Below are positions 26,387 to 36,189 of a DNA stretch of 64,000 nucleotides, piece by piece (position 1 is the stretch's first letter; each line of letters begins with the position of its first letter). The notes beneath the pieces are model-generated. The model did not search any database and had not been told where the DNA came from. It worked only from the letters and a program-made list of their open reading frames with translations. The translations under genes and the position numbers were made by a program. Origin of the DNA: Clostridiales bacterium UBA1758 (GTDB taxonomy: Bacteria; Bacillota; Clostridia; Oscillospirales; UBA1758); the NCBI GenBank assembly GCA_002315595.1, contig DCHG01000067.1:3422-67421 (forward strand). The letters are read 5' to 3'.

Positions 26387-27163
26387 TCAGATGACGCTAT
26401 GTCCTTTCCATTCGCGTTCCGACGGAATACCTAGCAAATTTACGATCGTGGGCGCAATATCGAGCAGAGAAAGGGGGCGATCGTTGATCGGTCCGGGTGT
26501 GAAATCCTTTCCGCAGAAGAACAACGGAATGGTCATATCCTCGGGAAGTTCCGTGCCGTGTATGCGGTCGTGACCACCGTGATCGGCCATGAGAATGATA
26601 CTGTATTCATCACCGAAAATCTCGATTATTCTTTTCACATTGTCGATTGCAATGGAAATGCGGCGAAGATATTCGTCACTCATCCAACCGTTGTCGTGTC
26701 CGCCCTTTTCGTCGGTTTCAACCATATATAGAAACGCGAAATCCGGTTTCTGTTCGGTTAGATTTTTGATTGCCGCATCCGTTAAGACGGTGTCACTGCT
26801 TTCCGCGCAGTATGCGTTGAAATATGTCGCAAATTGAAGTGTTCCGGGAGAAGCAATGTCACGAAGCGGCTCCCAGCCATAAAACATCGAACTGACGCCG
26901 CCCGCGTTTTGAACTTTTTCGAATATTCCCACAACGGGACGGACTTGCGGAATATAAGTGTTCGTTAGAATACCGTGGCGTTCCGGGGTGACGGAATGTG
27001 TCATGGAAAAATGACACGGGAATGTGACAGAGGGGTTCATGGAACTTGCGCAATAAGTATAAGCACAACGCTTTTCAAGTTCTTTGACGAAGGCATTGCC
27101 GCATTGTTGAAGACCGTCAGGACGCATACCGTCGATTGAAATCAAGAGAACCTTGTTTTTCAT
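26387..27163 (-). CDS. Alkaline-phosphatase-superfamily enzyme (nucleotide pyrophosphatase/phosphodiesterase type), cytoplasmic
   Basis: LLISIDGMRPDGL metal-site motif, HGGHD... and ADHGGHD motifs, and no signal peptide. Confidence 0.7.
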   Translation of the reverse strand: MKNKVLLISIDGMRPDGLQQCGNAFVKELEKRCAYTYCASSMNPSVTFPCHFSMTHSVTPERHGILTNTYIPQVRPVVGIFEKVQNAGGVSSMFYGWEPLRDIASPGTLQFATYFNAYCAESSDTVLTDAAIKNLTEQKPDFAFLYMVETDEKGGHDNGWMSDEYLRRISIAIDNVKRIIEIFGDEYSIILMADHGGHDRIHGTELPEDMTIPLFFCGKDFTPGPINDRPLSLLDIAPTIVNLLGIPSEREWKGHSVI

Positions 27164-27198
27164 AAAATAGTCCTTTCGAATGATCTGTTCGGTATCGA

Positions 27199-28833
27199 TC
27201 AGTTTTCAATCTGGGTTTCCACAAGGCTTTTGCCACAGTATTTTTCACGCAGACGCGGCTTTTCGATTTTTCCCGTTGGATTGCGGGGCACTTTGTCGAA
27301 AATGATACGACGCGGACGTTTGTAACGCGGAAGCGGCGTGCAGAAGTCAAAAATATCTTCTTCGGTGCAACGGCATCCGGGTTTGAGTTCAATGATCGCA
27401 GCGGCAATTTCACCCAAACGGTGATCGGGCAGACCGATGACCGCAACATCCTTGATATTGTCGTTGGAACGAAGGAAGTCCTCAATCTGAACGGGGTAGA
27501 GGTTTTCACCGCCGGTGATGATGACGTCCTTTTTGCGGTCGACGAGGTAGATAAATCCGTCCTCATCCTCACGCGCCATGTCGCCAGTGAAAAGCCAACC
27601 GTCATGAAGAACGGCGGCGGTGGCGACGGGATCGTTGTAGTAGCAGGTCATGACGCCCGGACCGAAGACCGCAAGTTCGCCGACTTCGCCACGGGGCACG
27701 GTTTGACCGCGTTCATCGACGATCTTTGCCTGCCAACCGTAACCCGGCTTGCCGATGGCACCGACCTTGTGTATATTTTCCACACCGAGGTGGACGCAGC
27801 CCGGACCGATAGATTCGGACAGACCGTAGTTGGTATCGTACTGATGATGCGGGAAGACCTTCTGCCAGCGGTGGATCAGACTCGGCGGAACGGGTTGTGC
27901 ACCGATGTGCATCAAACGCCACTGCGAAAGTTCATAATCCGCAAGTTTGATGTCACCGCGGTCAATGGCGTCGAGAATATCCTGCGCCCACGGGACAAGA
28001 AGCCATACGATGGTGCAATGTTCCTTGGACACGGTTTCGATGATGAGTTCCGGCTTGATACCTCGAAGCAGGACGGATTTTGCACCGACGAGGAAACTTC
28101 CGAACCAGTGCATTTTTGCGCCGGTGTGATAAAGCGGCGGAATGCAGAGGAAGACGTCGTCCTTCGTCTGTCCGTGATGCTTGTTTTCGGTGATACAGGA
28201 GGACATCAGGCTGGTGTGATTGTGCAGGATCGCCTTCGGGAATCCCGTCGTGCCGGAAGAAAAATAGATCGCCGCATCGTCGTCGTCGGTGATTTTGACA
28301 TCCGGTGCATGGGACGAACAGAATTTGGTCAGATTGTCGTAACTCTCGGCGAAACTCGGGCAATCTTCGCCCGCGTACATGCAGAGAAAGCGGCGTTTGA
28401 AGCCGTCGGCAATAGACTCGACACGACCGATAAATTCCGGTCCGAAGACAAGTCCGTCACATTCGGCGAGTTTGAGGCAGTATTTGATTTCGTCGGAGGT
28501 GTAGCGATAGTTCATCGGGACGACAACTGCGCCGGAACGAAGGATCCCGAAATAGATCGGCAGCCATTCCAGACAGTTCATCAGCAAAACGGCGACTTTT
28601 TTACCTTTTCCGATGCCACGCGTCAAAAGAAGGTTGGCAAAACGACTTGCCTTGATGTCAAATTCCTTCCATGTCATTTCACGGCGCCAATGGTCGGAGG
28701 GGTTGCCTTCGATGAGTTCAAATTCACGCCATGTGACCTTGCGGTGGTCTTCGCTTTCCGGGTTTATTTCAACAAGACTTACGTCATCGCCGTAAAGTTC
28801 GGCGTTTTTCGCAAGAATTTCGGTGATCGGCAT
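27199..28833 (-). CDS. AMP-dependent acyl-CoA synthetase/ligase
   Basis: AMP-binding signature YFSSGTTGFPK, plus YGLSE, TGDMA and ...GKI. GGGAGGA RBS before ATG 28833. Confidence 0.85.
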   Translation of the reverse strand: MPITEILAKNAELYGDDVSLVEINPESEDHRKVTWREFELIEGNPSDHWRREMTWKEFDIKASRFANLLLTRGIGKGKKVAVLLMNCLEWLPIYFGILRSGAVVVPMNYRYTSDEIKYCLKLAECDGLVFGPEFIGRVESIADGFKRRFLCMYAGEDCPSFAESYDNLTKFCSSHAPDVKITDDDDAAIYFSSGTTGFPKAILHNHTSLMSSCITENKHHGQTKDDVFLCIPPLYHTGAKMHWFGSFLVGAKSVLLRGIKPELIIETVSKEHCTIVWLLVPWAQDILDAIDRGDIKLADYELSQWRLMHIGAQPVPPSLIHRWQKVFPHHQYDTNYGLSESIGPGCVHLGVENIHKVGAIGKPGYGWQAKIVDERGQTVPRGEVGELAVFGPGVMTCYYNDPVATAAVLHDGWLFTGDMAREDEDGFIYLVDRKKDVIITGGENLYPVQIEDFLRSNDNIKDVAVIGLPDHRLGEIAAAIIELKPGCRCTEEDIFDFCTPLPRYKRPRRIIFDKVPRNPTGKIEKPRLREKYCGKSLVETQIEN

Positions 28834-28960
28834 GATGGGTTCCTCCCTGATTGAAGTTTTCAAGATATGAAAATGTATATTTAATAATTATACCATTATT
28901 TCATAAATAAACAAGCGTTTTTTGCATATTCCACGAAAAACACCATTAGAACTTTGGTGC

Positions 28961-28989
28961 TTGCCGAAATCCGACGCAAATGATATAAT
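28961..28989 (+). promoter_or_regulatory. Sigma-A type promoter of ybaK
   Basis: TTGCCG, 17 nt, TATAAT. Confidence 0.55.
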
Positions 28990-29017
28990 TTGAACACCGC
29001 AGAAATTGGAGGCAACC

Positions 29018-29491
29018 ATGACAAAGACAAATGCGATGCGACTGTTGGAAGCCGCGTCGATCGAATTTGAAACAGCCGAATACGAATACGACGAAGCCGA
29101 TCTTTCTGGCGTTCACGCCGCGAAAGCCCTCGGACTGCCGCCGGAGCAGATATTCAAAACGCTTGTCGCAAGAGGGGATAAAACGGGACTGCTCGTGTTC
29201 TGCATCCCCGTGGCAGAGGAACTTGACCTGAAAAAAGCCGCGACCGTTTCGGGCAATAAAAAGGTTGAAATGATCCATGTGAAGGAATTGATCGGTCTGA
29301 CGGGATATATCCGCGGCGGATGTTCGCCCATCGGGATGAAGAAAAAATACCCGACGTTCATCGACGAAACGGCGATCCTTTTTGAACGGATCGGCGTCAG
29401 TGCGGGCGCACGCGGATGTCAGATGTTGCTTGCACCCGATGATTTGATTGATTATGTTTACGCCACGCCGACGGATCTCACGGTCGGCTGA
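29018..29491 (+). CDS. ybaK: Cys-tRNA(Pro)/Cys-tRNA(Cys) deacylase
   Basis: MTKTNAMRLLEAASIEFE N-terminus and GYIRGGCSPIGMKK motif typical of YbaK. GGAGG RBS. Confidence 0.85.
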   Translation: MTKTNAMRLLEAASIEFETAEYEYDEADLSGVHAAKALGLPPEQIFKTLVARGDKTGLLVFCIPVAEELDLKKAATVSGNKKVEMIHVKELIGLTGYIRGGCSPIGMKKKYPTFIDETAILFERIGVSAGARGCQMLLAPDDLIDYVYATPTDLTVG

Positions 29492-29530
29492 AAAAAGCGG
29501 GGTGATCCTGACGGACCCCCCCGCTTTTTG
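29491..29530. terminator. Bidirectional rho-independent terminator (end of the 7-gene operon and of ybaK)
   Basis: AAAAAA-GCGGGG...CCCCGC-TTTTT. Confidence 0.75.
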
Positions 29531-29534
29531 TATC

Positions 29535-31397
29535 TTATTTTAAAACCCAACATTCCAATTCGCCGGGACCGCGGTTACACCATGCGTAGTACGGAACGGC
29601 GGTGAACCCCTCTTTTTTACGTGCGGGACGGTATTCGCGGTAAAGTTCGTCGCCCCATTCGCGTCTGGTTCCGTTGAAGGTGATGACGGTCACGCCGCCG
29701 AGGAGATCTTTTTCGTAATGACTGTGGAAATTCGGGTACTGCGCGATACGGATATCGGCGAGATTTTTGCCGTTGTCGACTTCTTCTAAACAATAGACCA
29801 ACGGGCCGCGCTTGATGGCGACACGACCGCAGTCGTCCGCAACCTGCGGATTGGCCTCAATCATGCGGATGCGCATCGGCAGGTCGATTTCGATCACATC
29901 GCCGTTTTCCCATTTACGGTCAAAATAGGCATAGCCCTTTTCGATCCGATCGGGAATAGAGCCCTTGAAGCGGACAGTGGGCGCATCACACCACGCGGGA
30001 ATGCGGAACGCAAGCGTCGCCTGAACGGGCTCTTTTGCGGAAATGACTACACGGATCTTACCGTTGTCGGGGTAGCGGGTGGACTGTGTCAGCGAAAGTG
30101 TTTTGCCGTTCAAATTGAATTTTGCACGGGAAGCACCGTAGAGGTGAACAAAAATGCTACTTTCGTCGGAACTGTAATAGTATCGGCCGATATTTGTGAT
30201 CGTGCGAAGTATATTCGGAGGACAGCAGGAGCAGCCGAAGAGTTTTATGCGTTCGATCGGACGGGACGATGCGCCGCAGGCATGCATGAATTCGAGGTTT
30301 TCGGGCTTCTGCTCCAAGGGATTTTCATAGTAGAATTTTTCGCCGTCAAGGGAAATTCCCGCAAGCGCGCCGTTGAACAGTTGAAGTTCAAGCATATCAC
30401 CGAAGCGACCGTCCGGGTCGGCATTCAGAATGCGCTGAGCAAGCATCGCCATTGCAATACTGGCGCAGGTTTCGGTATAGGCTTCGAAGTTCGGCAAATG
30501 ATAGTCGGGGCCGAAGGCCTCGCCGTGCTTCATGTTACCTGTTCCGCCGGTGACGTACATCTTTTTTGTCATAGCGTTGAGCGCCGTGCGTTCGCAGGCG
30601 GCGAGCAGTGCGTCGTCATTGTATTCTTTCGCGAGATCCGCGGCGGCGCAGAAAAGATATCCATAGCGGACACAGTGTCCTTCTGCGCTCTGCTGATCGC
30701 GTACAGGCGCCTGATCCTGTGCGTAACGCGGGTCGAAGTTGAAAAAGTCGAAATAGGCATCTTCGTGTACGCCACGCTCGTCGATGAAGTGCTTTGAAAG
30801 TTCAAGGTAGCGCTTTTCGCCCGTCGCGTGATAGAGTCTGACAAGGGCAAGTTCAATCTCTTCATGACCGGGGGTACGGAATTTTGCCGAAGGATCGGTC
30901 ACAAAAACGCGTTCGATGAGGTCGGCATAACGGCACATCAGTTTCAAAAAGCGATCCTTTCCCGTTGCCTCATAGTAGGCGACGGCGGCTTCGATCAGGT
31001 GTCCCGCACAGTAGAGTTCATGATTTTGGCGAACGGTAAAACGATTGGAAAACTCGACGGTTTGGTAATAAGTGTTGAAATAACCCTCGTCGGTCATTCC
31101 GCGTTCGATATTGTCAATGATTGCTTCGATCTTTTGTTCAATATCGGGGTTTTTGCGGTAATAAAACGAATACGCGGCACCCTCGATCCATTTTGCGGTG
31201 TCGGAATCAAAGAAAATATGCAGCGGATTCGAATCCCCGGTGCGCCAATGGAGTTCCGTTGCGGTGATCCTGCCGGATTCGGAAAAACGGTCGTAGACGG
31301 CGTTAAGGGAGGATTCTGCAACGGTGGCCTGCCATTTTTTCCAAAAACCCCCGGTGATATGGATGTCGGCATTTGAGATGTTTTTGCACTGTTTCAT
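29535..31397 (-). CDS. Glycoside hydrolase family 127 (beta-L-arabinofuranosidase-like, DUF1680)
   Basis: 620 aa with HELYCAGHLIEAAVAYYEATG, ETCASIAM and the C-terminal Cys cluster region FGCSCCPPN characteristic of GH127. Confidence 0.85.
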   Translation of the reverse strand: MKQCKNISNADIHITGGFWKKWQATVAESSLNAVYDRFSESGRITATELHWRTGDSNPLHIFFDSDTAKWIEGAAYSFYYRKNPDIEQKIEAIIDNIERGMTDEGYFNTYYQTVEFSNRFTVRQNHELYCAGHLIEAAVAYYEATGKDRFLKLMCRYADLIERVFVTDPSAKFRTPGHEEIELALVRLYHATGEKRYLELSKHFIDERGVHEDAYFDFFNFDPRYAQDQAPVRDQQSAEGHCVRYGYLFCAAADLAKEYNDDALLAACERTALNAMTKKMYVTGGTGNMKHGEAFGPDYHLPNFEAYTETCASIAMAMLAQRILNADPDGRFGDMLELQLFNGALAGISLDGEKFYYENPLEQKPENLEFMHACGASSRPIERIKLFGCSCCPPNILRTITNIGRYYYSSDESSIFVHLYGASRAKFNLNGKTLSLTQSTRYPDNGKIRVVISAKEPVQATLAFRIPAWCDAPTVRFKGSIPDRIEKGYAYFDRKWENGDVIEIDLPMRIRMIEANPQVADDCGRVAIKRGPLVYCLEEVDNGKNLADIRIAQYPNFHSHYEKDLLGGVTVITFNGTRREWGDELYREYRPARKKEGFTAVPYYAWCNRGPGELECWVLK

Positions 31398-31407
31398 GTA
31401 GTTTTCC

Positions 31408-33336
31408 TCATTTCATAAATAAAATAACCGGTTCCTGCGTCCATGCAGGAGTATCGAGCGTATAGAGGTCTCCTTCGCGGGTGAAGTTTACCGGGATGCG
31501 TTTGCCGCCCGGCGTCATTTTTTCGATTGAGGTGAAGTCGAGGTCGCTTTTCAGGGTGATTTTTTCGATCGGATCGAGGCTGATATTGATAAACGAACAG
31601 AAAAGCGTCCCGTCGGGGAGATCACCGACGCGCAAATTGACATCGAGATCGTCGGGGTAGTAGACGGGCAGGTCGCTGAACTGTTTCAGCAGACGAATGA
31701 ATTGCTTTTTTCGCGTTTCGGAAAGGAAGGAAAATTCGAAATACACGAAATCCGTCAAAGGTGTGCCGCAGAAAACGATGCTCGTACCGCCGAGTGAATT
31801 TCGATATACCGTACAGGCGGGAAACAACGGGTAACTTTCGACGCCGTCTTTGAGATGATAGTTGAGTGAATCGACGATGACGGTGTCATCCACGGGGACG
31901 AGTTCGAAAAGATCTTTTTGGCGTGGAAGATTGATTTCGTCCACTCGCTCGCCCGTGACATTTTCACCCTTCCATGGGCGAACGGTGACGCCCGTGTATG
32001 CACCGAGACCGCGTTGATTGATCGCATCGGCGGCTTTTGCGGAAAGAATGACCGTTCCGCGAAGCATTTCGGTCAGTTCTTCGTCGGAAAAATCACCCGG
32101 AGTGGGTGCATCAATGAGTGCCGTACCGCCGGATTTTTCGGAAAAGTAGAATGGCAGACCGAAACGGTCGAAAACACAACGGAACCAGCCGTTTTCGGCA
32201 CTTGCGGGCTCATATGGATCGTCGTAATTGAAGTCGAGCACACTTGGCAACGGCACACGGCACCCACGCCATTTGATCGTGGGAACGAGTTTGGCAAGCG
32301 CATTGTAAAATCCGGCGTTTTCGCCGAGTTTTTTGCGGTAGCCTTTTCCGCTGGCTGGCTCGTATGAGGTCAAACGCGTGATCCAATGCTTTGCACCGTC
32401 AAGACCTTCGAGGATCGAGGCGGTGAAATGCACATGAAGCGACTGTGCGCTTGTTGAGTATCGGTTTTGAGGGCAGGTGTCGGTTTCGGCGAGATAAACA
32501 TCCGCCTTGTTTGCGGCGAGATGTGCCTGCACAGCGGCACGGTACATCGAGCGATAGCCGAGTTCACGCGTGGAATTCGGCGTATAGCGACCATTGTTCA
32601 GGCGGAGGATCGACGGATTGCCCTTGCCCGCTAAAATTTCGGCAATATCGCCGCAGGTTTCGATCCCGACGATGCAGAAAGCGCCCTGGATTTTGGGATC
32701 GACCGAATCAATTCCCTCACGCATGGCGTGCGCACCTTCAAGTAGCGAGTCGTGTTCAACGGCTTCGTAAATTTTCGTCAATTTCTCATTGCGCTTGGAG
32801 GCGTGACGGTGCTTGACGATGTCAAAAAGTTCCTCACGGGTGAGATTTTCACCGCTTCGACGGTTAAATTCCGCCATGTGAAGCGGGCAGGCGCAACCGA
32901 AATCCCAGTTGGAAAGCATACGGAAATCGTCGTCGACCATAATTACCGATGGATGATGGCTTGCAATCGTGGCAAAGGAGGAACGCAGATATTCCTGCAT
33001 TTCCTTGTCAAACGGGCAGGCACGGGCAAGACGGGTGCCCGTGCTGAGTCCGATGTAGTGCTGAAAGCCGAAATCCTTGTCAAGCGGATAGCCGTGACCG
33101 ATGGTACACTGAACGAGGATTCCGCATGGGACGCCCGCAGGTTCGAGAATGGCGCGGTATTTGTCGAAAACGGCACATTCGATGGCGGCTTTGTCAATGG
33201 CGGGGATGCCTTCCGGCACGAGGCGGATCATAAACAGCGGGGTGTCGGCAACACCGGAATTGCATTGTTCGATGATGTCGGCGCAGATTTCTTCGATATG
33301 ATCGCGGTAAAGTGGCATAATGGAATAGAGATACAT
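31408..33336 (-). CDS. 642-aa cytoplasmic protein of unknown function
   Basis: GGAGGA lies 5 nt before ATG 33336. There is no signal peptide or TM segment and I recognise no catalytic motif. It is tightly packed between operon neighbours. Confidence 0.75.
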   Translation of the reverse strand: MYLYSIMPLYRDHIEEICADIIEQCNSGVADTPLFMIRLVPEGIPAIDKAAIECAVFDKYRAILEPAGVPCGILVQCTIGHGYPLDKDFGFQHYIGLSTGTRLARACPFDKEMQEYLRSSFATIASHHPSVIMVDDDFRMLSNWDFGCACPLHMAEFNRRSGENLTREELFDIVKHRHASKRNEKLTKIYEAVEHDSLLEGAHAMREGIDSVDPKIQGAFCIVGIETCGDIAEILAGKGNPSILRLNNGRYTPNSTRELGYRSMYRAAVQAHLAANKADVYLAETDTCPQNRYSTSAQSLHVHFTASILEGLDGAKHWITRLTSYEPASGKGYRKKLGENAGFYNALAKLVPTIKWRGCRVPLPSVLDFNYDDPYEPASAENGWFRCVFDRFGLPFYFSEKSGGTALIDAPTPGDFSDEELTEMLRGTVILSAKAADAINQRGLGAYTGVTVRPWKGENVTGERVDEINLPRQKDLFELVPVDDTVIVDSLNYHLKDGVESYPLFPACTVYRNSLGGTSIVFCGTPLTDFVYFEFSFLSETRKKQFIRLLKQFSDLPVYYPDDLDVNLRVGDLPDGTLFCSFINISLDPIEKITLKSDLDFTSIEKMTPGGKRIPVNFTREGDLYTLDTPAWTQEPVILFMK

Positions 33337-33357
33337 GGCGTTCCTCCGTTGATGTAA

Positions 33358-34182
33358 TTAAAGTCGAATAATTCCGAGTGCGGTTCCAAGGACTCCGCCC
33401 TCGGCGAGGTACTTTGCGGCGTTGCGTTGCAAAGAGGTGTTTTGCGGATAGGGACCGCCCACGGGCACGCCGCGTCCGAAGATCCATCCCATACCGTCCT
33501 TGGTGTCGTCATAGACACGAAGGATCTCGAATTCATTTTGGAATTTGAGAATGTTTGAATTTTCGCCCAGTAATTTTTTCAGCGACGGATGCAGTAGCCA
33601 TGAATGGCAGTAGATCAGTTTGATGTCACGGTCAAAATACTCTTTGAAAAAACCGGGTGCAACGGCGAAGGCTTCACGGACTTCGTCGATGTTCAGATCT
33701 TTGCCTTCGGGGATGTGAACGGTGAGCGTATCTGAGCCGTAGGGAACGCCCGGAACTTCAAAATCAAGCGGTAACGGCGCAAATTTCAGCCGTCCGATGC
33801 GGAACATCATCGACTTCACATGGTAAAAAAGCCACTCGTGATTGTGAATTCCGAATTGACCGTTAATTTTTCGGCAATTTTTGAATTGCAGGGCGAGGTC
33901 GCCGACGGAATCCCAAAAGATCTTTTCTGGAATTCCGCGAACACGAAACGCCTCATGTTGCATCGGGACGAGATTGACCGCAACGAGGTAGTTGATCTCA
34001 TACTGCGTCAGACCGGTCTTTTTTTCAATTTCGGGCAGAATCAGCCCGTACGCCTTGATGTCGCCCACAAACATCGGAGCGAGCGTTTCATAATACGGCG
34101 CAAGTAGTTGATATTTCGCTTTGTCGATCAGTGGAAGCCCGATTTTTGCGCAAACGGAGTCGAATTTCTGTTTTGAAAGCAT
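33358..34182 (-). CDS. 274-aa protein of unknown function, paralogue B (possibly the DUF5596 / GNAT-like C-terminal acyltransferase-domain family)
   Basis: AAGGAG RBS. Gap-free alignment to the upstream paralogue. Conserved CHSWLLHPSL and GPYP motifs. Confidence 0.75.
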   Translation of the reverse strand: MLSKQKFDSVCAKIGLPLIDKAKYQLLAPYYETLAPMFVGDIKAYGLILPEIEKKTGLTQYEINYLVAVNLVPMQHEAFRVRGIPEKIFWDSVGDLALQFKNCRKINGQFGIHNHEWLFYHVKSMMFRIGRLKFAPLPLDFEVPGVPYGSDTLTVHIPEGKDLNIDEVREAFAVAPGFFKEYFDRDIKLIYCHSWLLHPSLKKLLGENSNILKFQNEFEILRVYDDTKDGMGWIFGRGVPVGGPYPQNTSLQRNAAKYLAEGGVLGTALGIIRL

Positions 34183-34207
34183 AAATAACTCCTTTTCTAT
34201 CGGTGTT

Positions 34208-35032
34208 TCACAGACGGATCACGCCGCCTGCGGTGCCGATCTTACCGCCGTTTTCGAGGTATTTCGCAGTGTTGCGGCGAAGTGTGGTATCCAACGGATA
34301 CGGACCTTCGACGGGTGCGGTGCGACCGAAGATCCACGGGATCGCGTGTTCTGCGGTGTTGTTGATCGAGATGATCTCGAACTCCTTTTGGAACTTCACG
34401 ATGTTGGAGTCGGGACCGAGATTGTCCTGAAGCGAAGGATGAAGAAGCCACGAATGGCAGTGTAGCAATTTGATGTCGCGGTCGAAATACTTTTTGAAGA
34501 ATTCCGGGGCGGCGGCAATGGACGCACGGACATCCTCGATTTTGAGATCCTTGTCCTGCGGAATATGTATGGCGAGGGAGTCTACGCCCATTTTGTAACC
34601 GGGAACCTCAAAATCCAGCGGCATCGGTGCAAATTCAAGGCGATTGATGCGGAAAATATCGCTTTTGAGATGATTATACATCCACCAGTAGTTGTAAATG
34701 CCGAATTGTTTGCGTTCGTTGGCGCAGTTGTCGAACCAAATCTTCAACACCGTGAAAGTGTCGTGGAAGATCTTTTCGGGGATTCCGCGCAGGTGATAGG
34801 CTTCGTGCGCCATCGGAACGAGATTGATACCGACAAGATAGATGATTTCATACTCGGTCAACCCGGAGTTTTCGGCGATCTCGGGAAGTATTTTTTGAAA
34901 CGCGTCGATATCGCCCAAATACATTGGGGCGAGCATTTCATAGTAAGGTTCAAGTTTTGTGTATTTCGTTTCGTCGATGGTCGGAATGTCGAATTCGGCG
35001 CAGATCGAATCAAATTCGCGTTTTGAAATCAT
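34208..35032 (-). CDS. 274-aa protein of unknown function, paralogue A
   Basis: Same length as paralogue B, with 162/274 identical residues by my manual count and no indels. Confidence 0.75.
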   Translation of the reverse strand: MISKREFDSICAEFDIPTIDETKYTKLEPYYEMLAPMYLGDIDAFQKILPEIAENSGLTEYEIIYLVGINLVPMAHEAYHLRGIPEKIFHDTFTVLKIWFDNCANERKQFGIYNYWWMYNHLKSDIFRINRLEFAPMPLDFEVPGYKMGVDSLAIHIPQDKDLKIEDVRASIAAAPEFFKKYFDRDIKLLHCHSWLLHPSLQDNLGPDSNIVKFQKEFEIISINNTAEHAIPWIFGRTAPVEGPYPLDTTLRRNTAKYLENGGKIGTAGGVIRL

Positions 35033-35047
35033 GGTCGTCGATTCCTT

Positions 35048-35296
35048 TCAAAGAAAATAATAAGATACGGCAATGCCGATGGCGGTACCCACGAACAGCG
35101 AAAGAAGATAGGGCATGAATTTCACCGAACGACGGATCCCGCCGTGATGCCTAGCAATCTTCAAAGCCTCCGCTACGATCGTATCACGCGTGACGGAAGG
35201 ATCACAATCGTCGCGCAGGATAAAGATCGCCTGCTCAAAGATGCTCCCGCGTGGGGGCTTGATCATAAAAACTTTTTTTGCACATTTGTTTTCCAT
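35048..35296 (-). CDS. Small (82 aa) C-terminally membrane-anchored protein, function unknown
   Basis: GGTGAGG lies 7 nt before ATG 35296. Soluble N-terminal part of about 55 aa, then TM segment FMPYLLSLFVGTAIGIAVSYYFL at the extreme C-terminus. Confidence 0.55.
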   Translation of the reverse strand: MENKCAKKVFMIKPPRGSIFEQAIFILRDDCDPSVTRDTIVAEALKIARHHGGIRRSVKFMPYLLSLFVGTAIGIAVSYYFL

Positions 35297-35340
35297 ATCC
35301 ACACCTCACCGATGTGGATAGTTTTCCCGATCGCGGCTGA

Positions 35341-36189
35341 TTATATACCGTCGGGGACGGCACCGCGCATGGAACAGACCAATGCACCGCGTTGGTTGCC
35401 TTTTTCGGCGGCACGAACGGCGTCGCGTGTGCGAAGATATTCGTCGATGAACGCCGCACAGAAGGCATCACCCGCACCGATGGTGTCGACCACGGTGACC
35501 TTTGCGGTCTGCGCGACAAAGGTCGCCTTTCCGTCGGAAGCGACGGTGCAACCCTTTCCGCCCTCGGTGACGACGACGGCGTCCACGTTAAAATCTTTTT
35601 TGACGGCGGCGGAGAATTCCGCGGCATCCATTTCGCGCCCATACAAGCGCGTGGGTATGAGGAGAAGTTCTTCGTCGTTGAACTTGACGATATTTGATGC
35701 GGCAAAGGAACGCTCCAACATATCGGCGGGATAAAAGTCACGGCGGATATTGACGTCGTAAACGATCAGTCCGAAGCGACCGAGACAGAGGGCGGCGCCG
35801 AGAGCCTTGGATGAAACGGGATTCATTTGCGCAAGGGAACCGAAGCAGAGTGCATCATAGTCCTTCGCGGGATTTTTCGCCGGAATATAGTCATATGCGG
35901 CGTTGTCGTCAAAGGCGTAGGTCGCACTGCCCGAAGCATTGAGTGTGCAGACGGCGGTGCCGGTATTGCGTCCCGGAAGGACGGAAACGAGGTCGGTATT
36001 CACGCCGAGTTTGACGCAGTATGCGAGTGATTCTCGACCGAGTTCGTCATCGCCGACGGCGGAAATGATATGACTGTCGCAGCCGAGTTTGGCGAGGTGT
36101 GCCGCAACATTGAACGGGGCACCGCCAATCTTTTTTTCGTTGCCGATGATATCCCAAAGAAGTTCGCCAAAGCATAGGGTTTTACTCAT
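35341..36189 (-). CDS. PfkB-family carbohydrate kinase (fructokinase or sugar-acid kinase-like)
   Basis: N-terminal GELLWD...GGAPFNVA and C-terminal DTIGAGDAF motifs. Confidence 0.85.
   Translation of the reverse strand: MSKTLCFGELLWDIIGNEKKIGGAPFNVAAHLAKLGCDSHIISAVGDDELGRESLAYCVKLGVNTDLVSVLPGRNTGTAVCTLNASGSATYAFDDNAAYDYIPAKNPAKDYDALCFGSLAQMNPVSSKALGAALCLGRFGLIVYDVNIRRDFYPADMLERSFAASNIVKFNDEELLLIPTRLYGREMDAAEFSAAVKKDFNVDAVVVTEGGKGCTVASDGKATFVAQTAKVTVVDTIGAGDAFCAAFIDEYLRTRDAVRAAEKGNQRGALVCSMRGAVPDGI

Noticed and set aside
27421-28854. 477-aa plus-strand ORF
   Set aside because: It lies entirely antisense to the acyl-CoA synthetase gene, which has unmistakable AMP-binding motifs. The product is an R/G/D/V-rich low-complexity string and there is no RBS. 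It is a typical mirror-frame artefact of codon bias.
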